Shown in pieces: positions 58,701-64,000 of a stretch of DNA of 64,000 nt. Below the pieces are notes generated by a model that did no database searches, was not told the origin of the DNA, and saw only the letters and a program-made list of their open reading frames with translations. The DNA comes from Amphiscolops sp. MND2022 (lineage: Eukaryota), in the NCBI GenBank assembly GCA_964187785.1, contig OZ076409.1:37388001-37452000 (forward strand), written 5' to 3'. The position numbers and the translations under genes are program-made. How positions within the stretch are numbered: position 1 is the stretch's first letter; the number at the start of each line of letters is the position of its first letter.

Positions 58701-61700
58701 AGAACTACTTCTTCGGCGGAAATAACAAATGATGGTTCGTGTTCACTTACCTCATGAACGGCTTTGAAGATTCTAGGCGTTTTGGGATCTCGGATGGTTA
58801 CTTTCATTGCCGTTAGATCCACCAATACATTGTACGTACGCAAGAAATTTCGACCCAAGAGGAAATCCTCTGAACCAATGTGATCTGCTATGACTACAAA
58901 GTTGGTCTTCAGAGTGTATCCGCCAAGTTGAAAGCTTACGTCTTCTGCGATACCAACGGTCGTAATGCTCTTGCCATTGGCAGCGAAGAGTTCAATGTCA
59001 TATGGCGACAAGTTCAACTCATGCGGGGATGCGATTTTCTTGTACGCACTCAGAGAAAGAATTGAGACTCCCGAACCGGTGTCTATCATGCCGAAGAGTG
59101 GTATCGGCATTTGCAGAGGGGCTCCGAATGCAACGACTAGCGAGGCTCGCTCATCAATTTGTGCCTCTCCTTGTGCATCCTGCACTCCAATGTTATAGCA
59201 ACGTAGTTCTTGCCTGCCCAAATATAGGCCTTGCGGAAAGTGTCCTTCCAGGACAACAATCGCATCGAACCTCATGTCTACACCATCAACCGTGATCGCT
59301 ATGGGGACTGGTGCGATTGTCTTGACCTTCTGTATTGGGGCTAGTTTGGTCTCATCACTTCTGGTGAAATGTGGCAAGGGTCTCGAAGCTATGGTGAGGT
59401 TGGTGTTGCGACAAAGTTCTTCTTTCAATTGAGCCAATGTAAGGTTGGGTCGTGCTCTCTGCTCTGCGGATAACAATAGATGAATGGATATAAGCGTCTC
59501 TGTACAATCAGGCGCTGGGGCTTCAAGCGTCGTTAGGATCTGTTTCTCGCCGCAAGTCACGACCACTGGACGTGATGGGCCTCCTTCTTCCGAGGTCGAG
59601 ATCACTCTTACTTGGTGGCCGCGTCTTTTCGTCGGGCTGAAACATGGAGGCGCGGGTAGGGTCCTGCGCCGACCTCCTACCAAAATATACTCCTCTAGTA
59701 CGGAAATTCTGATATCGATCTCAAAACTGGCCCGTACGATTTTCCTGAAACTTTGCATGTGGCCCCCAATTGGCGAGCAATGGAAAAGTGTAGGAGGCCA
59801 TTTTTCTCAAATTCCATTGTGAGACGAGATATGCGCAAAAAACGAACGCAAAAATGGTCTATTTTCACTTTTTTCAAATTTGAGAGTCCATATCTCGTTT
59901 CCAGGTGCCCGGAGCGGTTCGCACGTTGACGTCAATATTGTTCAGCGGTGTTGAATGAGTGCGTGGACAAATTGTGATCGAAATCGGATTAAAATTGACT
60001 GAGTAATAGCCAGAATTCTGACGCATTTTGTCGATATTTTTCGAAAACCTAGTCTATCTCTGCCGTTTTTGCCCAGATTTTTTTCCAGGACCTCTCCTAA
60101 AGGCCTCCCCTGGCCGGTTTACCTCCCAAAAAAACCATTTGGCCCTTTTGCCGCAGTTTCAGCGTTCCAGCACTCCCCGGTGGAAAGATAAATGACTTAG
60201 AATTTTTTCAAAAAAATTTCAAAAATTTTTTTCTCAACTTCAGGCCTCCCAAAGTCAAGGAACTTCCACACAACTAGGATTGCAAGTGAATGCACGTGGA
60301 AAGTACTCGGATAGACGAGAAAAATGAGCTATAGAACGACCCTGTAGCTTAATCTGACGTTGACTTATGACAATTTTAGTGTGAGCTCGCTAGTGAGAAA
60401 TAAATTGAAAATCGATGAAAGTCTCATCCAAAACTCATCGGAATACATTTCATCCATCCCAAAGCAGCCCAAATCTAACTATATGGTGCAGCAAAACTAT
60501 TCAAGACCATTTGGTTCATTCATATTAGTTTTGACACCGTATTATTCATCCGATAGCACAGAACAGTTGAGTACATTCCATCTCCCTATCGGGGGAGATG
60601 AGAATGTACTCGCTAAAGTCCAGATATCACAGCCCATAGTTGTTTCTCTGCGACGCCATCTATGCTATTGCACATAACTACTAATCTATTGACTTAATAT
60701 TGCCTTCACTCTGCTATGACATATGCTAAATGTTTGGTCCTTACAACAACATACACATGACAAACGTCAACGCCACATACTGTTACCAACGCCCACCGTC
60801 CGTGGGCATGCCGAGGCATGCCCTTCGACGACGTATGCCAAATACCAAATGCCACGCTGTCACTCTCTTGGTCCTCAGTGTCTCGAAAGTCCGTGGAGTT
60901 TGTGCCCGGGGCGTACCACGCCGCTTTCACTTGTTCTTCCGTAGCAACGTTGTCAGGCATCATACAATCGGATGCCACGTGGCCGGTGTGACCACAATTG
61001 ACGCAAAATGCTGATGTTCCTTGTTCCGGTAGAGTTGCAGGCATTACATCATCATTCATGCCGCGTGGGTTCGATGGGCACACCCACTCTCCGGCTAGGT
61101 TCGTGCGACATGAGTTGACTGCTTGTTGTACTGGTTTCCGTGCTCGATCCTTCAAAGGACAATCGGCTACAAAATGCGAGGGGTCTCCGCAGTTGAAGCA
61201 TGTTCGCTGCGGTTGTTGTCTGAAAGCCGCAGGTTGTTGTGGGAGGTGCTGGGCAGCAGGCGCTTGCGGGGCCGGTGCCTGCATCTGGTTTTGTTGGTTT
61301 GCTGCGACAGGTGGCTGTTGTTGTTGTTGCTGTGGTGCAGGATAATTTTCCAAACGGGCTGAACCACGCATGCGCAGGTACTGTTGTACCGTGAATCGTA
61401 GGGCTTCTACCGTTGGGGGTGTGTCCACATACTGTTCTTGCGCATACATTAGTGCGAGGTTGCGCTTCAATTCGAAGCTGCGTACACCTTCGATAAATCT
61501 TTGCATGATTTCGTAGCGTCTTACCGCAACTTCCTCGTTGGGAAAACCTTGGCTGCGCAAACCTTCCAATGCATCCAGATATTGCATGTAATCCTCATCT
61601 GGAGTCTGATTACGTGTGCGGAACTGTTGTTGTATTTGGATCTTGTTAGACCCGGTTCCAAATCTTCGTGCTAGCAGCGCGAAGACTTATCATCAGTATC

Positions 61701-63593
61701 TCGTTCCGCTTCAGATTTGTTCGTAATATAGTCCCGTGCCTCGTTTTCTAAGAATTCCACAATAGTCCATGCCTTGTCCAATGGAGTGTCTTTCGCATGA
61801 GCTTTTTGAAGATATCGCTTCATCAACATCAGCCAACCATCTACTATTCCGTCACGTGTGCCACGATACTTGGTTGGTTTATTTTTGGTTTCTTTCACCG
61901 CTAGCAATGGTTCCAGGCCTTTGGACATCGCTGTTGTTATCGCTTTTGCTAGCGTTTGATTATATATGGGGTTTGGAGTGCTATCTTTAGCAGGTTCTAC
62001 CACTGTTGCTGTGTTCAAGTTTCTTCTCGAAGTTGCCTTCCTTTGCGTGCTCGAGGCTAACGGCCGTAGTTGATCGTTACCGTAGGAGAGTGTTGGGCGT
62101 TCTGTGCCAAGCATTGATGAGACGGCAGTTTGATATTCAGTGTTTCCCGATGCTGTCTTTATGTCATTGGACATTTGGCTACTGACTGCCGAGTAGTAGT
62201 CTCCTGTTGTGGAGGCACCTCTGGCATAGGGATCGAATGAAGGAGGGCCAGATATATCACAGTGTTTCACTTCAGTACGATTGGCTGTCGAAACTTGGGT
62301 TTTCACGGGCACCTTCTTGTACGTTGCTGGTGGTTGCAATTTTGGTTGTTTCGCTTGATCAGTTTTCGTCACACTTTGGCGTTGGGCAATTTCTCGATAG
62401 GTGGGATGCTGGGTATGAAACGCACTTGTTGATGGTACATCTGCAGAATTTAGTGCCACCGGCACAGGTGAAGGACGGTTTGGTACCGTCGCTACCACTG
62501 TTTTCACCCCTAGGGTTAAGTCTTGGACTGTAGTCATGAGGTCCACTATGCGTTTGTCGACATCTAAGTCTCTGCGGTGCATCATTTCGGACATATGCTT
62601 CAGGCGCTCATCTGCTTGGTGATCCCTTTGCATCATTATCGCCGTCATTTCCGATATGCGTTTCTCAGTCAGGTCTTTGATAGATCCCATGGACGCTTCT
62701 ATTTTGCCCTGGTTGACACGTCCTTCCATCTTTATCTCGCTTATTTCCTTTCGCAACGTTTCCATTTCCATCACTAGGGTTTCCGCCTGCCGGACATGGT
62801 TATTATTCTCCTGGGCCAGCTTTACTTGGACTTGTTTCAATTGTTCCATGTTGCGTCCAAAATCTTCCCTTATGGCCTCAGTCTCCTTGATGCCTCTGGC
62901 AATCGTCGAATTCGGGGATGCCACACTGCCGGCATCAGAGTGTTGGGACGTTTTCGTGCGTTCCAGTTTGAAGGTGCTGGGATTCATCAGTGGTGGTGTA
63001 GTTAAGGCATAATTCGGGAGAGCCACTTCTCTTCTGGTCTTCCGCTTTCCCAGTTGGGTTCCTAACGGAACCACAGCAGTGTCTTCCAATGTGTCTTCTT
63101 TAGTGCCAAATGCTGGTGCTCCAGAATCCAGTGGGTCTACACTCGTGCCCAAGTGGGGTGTGATTTCTCCCAAAGTCATGCGCACGTTCATATTCTCGAC
63201 CCATTTACTGATGTCCGAGCTAGTAGCTAGTTCTCTATTCGAGTTCGGCCAGTCACCGGTCATGATCACGGAGGTGTTCAGAGGAGGCCACACATTATTA
63301 CGGTTCATGGGAGTCTCATTGGCAAGTTCAGCGCTGTCCGAAGACGCTTGCGAGGAACTTTGCTGGCTTGATTGTGCGATTCGCGAATTTTGCTCAACGT
63401 TGGACAGGTTATCTGACATTAGGTTGTCTAAAAATACGTCGGCGATCACTTCCGGCGTTGCTATTTCAGCTTGTGTACTAAGCGTACTCAACTCTTCTAT
63501 GTCTCTCGCAAATGGGTTGGTGGCATGAAAGCCATCTGATTCCCAAGATGCTTCATTCAAGGGTATCAAATACTGCCATTCGCTCAAACTCAT
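52734..63593 (-). pseudogene. gag-pol: E3 gag-pol, disrupted (frameshifts ~61685 and ~58210, stops at 55011 and 54591, 1.25-kb insertion)
   Basis: Fragments 61671-63629, 60706-61587, 58181-59758, 55011-58208, 54591-54899 and 52734-54476 tile the E1 polyprotein in order. Confidence 0.92.
59617..60866. mobile_element. Unclassified 1250-bp non-coding insertion with 6-bp TSD (CTTGGT)
   Basis: Removing it and one CTTGGT restores ...DTEDQVRVIST..., matching E1 QDDQVRVISI. No TIR, TG..CA ends or poly(A) seen. Confidence 0.8.
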
Positions 63594-63820
63594 TTCGCTT
63601 GCTTGATTTCTTGCGTTTCTATTGAGCAAAACTTTTCTCTGGTCCTTCGCTCACTCCTTCCCCTCAACAAATGAAATTAAAGTTAAATTAAATTGGAAGT
63701 CGTGGTGTCACTTCCTCAAGAGTTTTAACTAAACTATTTTACTATTAAGTTTCTGAGCTTGTAGCTTGTGCCTGCCCTCTAGGTTCTAAGTCAAGATTAG
63801 CTGGCTTTTACAAACTTCAG

Positions 63821-63880
63821 ACTCAAGGTTACATACACTAACTCGAAATTACATGCACTAACTCAAGATTACATGCACTG
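63821..63880. repeat. Three copies of a 20-bp unit in the E3 leader
   Basis: ACTCAAGGTTACATACACTA / ACTCGAAATTACATGCACTA / ACTCAAGATTACATGCACTG. Confidence 0.7.
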
Positions 63881-64000
63881 GTGCTAATCACCACTAATCA
63901 AAACTGAAAGGTTTGCTTCCCCACTAACTGGAGATAGATATTCTACAAAATTCAGTAAATGAAGTTTTTTTTTTGATGTCCTACTTAAGGATGTTAAAGC

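Larger units (their letters stand above)
46998..64000 (-). mobile_element. E3: decayed Ty3/Gypsy element close to E1; 5' LTR lies beyond the window
   Basis: One LTR plus purine tract, ORF2 and gag-pol on the minus strand; the RT/RH/IN protein is very similar to E1. Confidence 0.95.

Noticed and set aside
59617..59700. HDV-like ribozyme at the GGCCGCG start of the insertion
   Set aside because: P1 pairing is imperfect and the nested double pseudoknot could not be built by eye.
9375..63528. Numerous antisense or alternate-frame ORFs, some similar between elements
   Set aside because: They are shadows of the conserved gag-pol/ORF2 codons or duplicated LTR sequence, with no independent evidence of coding.

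Overview
Eukaryotic (probably animal) repeat-dense window with no recognisable host gene. About 55 of the 64 kb are three related giant Ty3/Gypsy LTR retrotransposons. E1 is 5017-24110 (+, 19.1 kb, nearly intact). E2 is 25623-44831 (+, 19.2 kb, LTRs identical by eye but ORFs disrupted). E3 is 46998 to beyond 64000 (-, decayed, 5' LTR outside the window). All three share an unusual protein architecture. A long non-coding leader (2.4-3 kb in E1/E2) precedes a Gag-Pol polyprotein of >3000 aa with two CCHC knuckles, a degenerate plus an active aspartic protease in tandem, RT, RNase H and integrase. The integrase carries a ~770-aa tail with AT-hook motifs, a Cys cluster and what appear to be tandem TARG1/OARD1-like macrodomains. 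A ~1360-1450-aa extra ORF sits in the env position; it is not Env-like and contains an SGNH/GDSL-hydrolase-like domain. The two complete elements also have non-canonical ends: 3-bp target-site duplications, and an identical 18-nt PBS displaced exactly 16 nt from the LTR, with the spacer able to pair with U5. The remaining DNA is nested non-autonomous TIR elements/MITEs, a tRNA-derived SINE head and an unclassified 1.25-kb insertion in E3. All domain calls are by-eye motif recognition, not database results.
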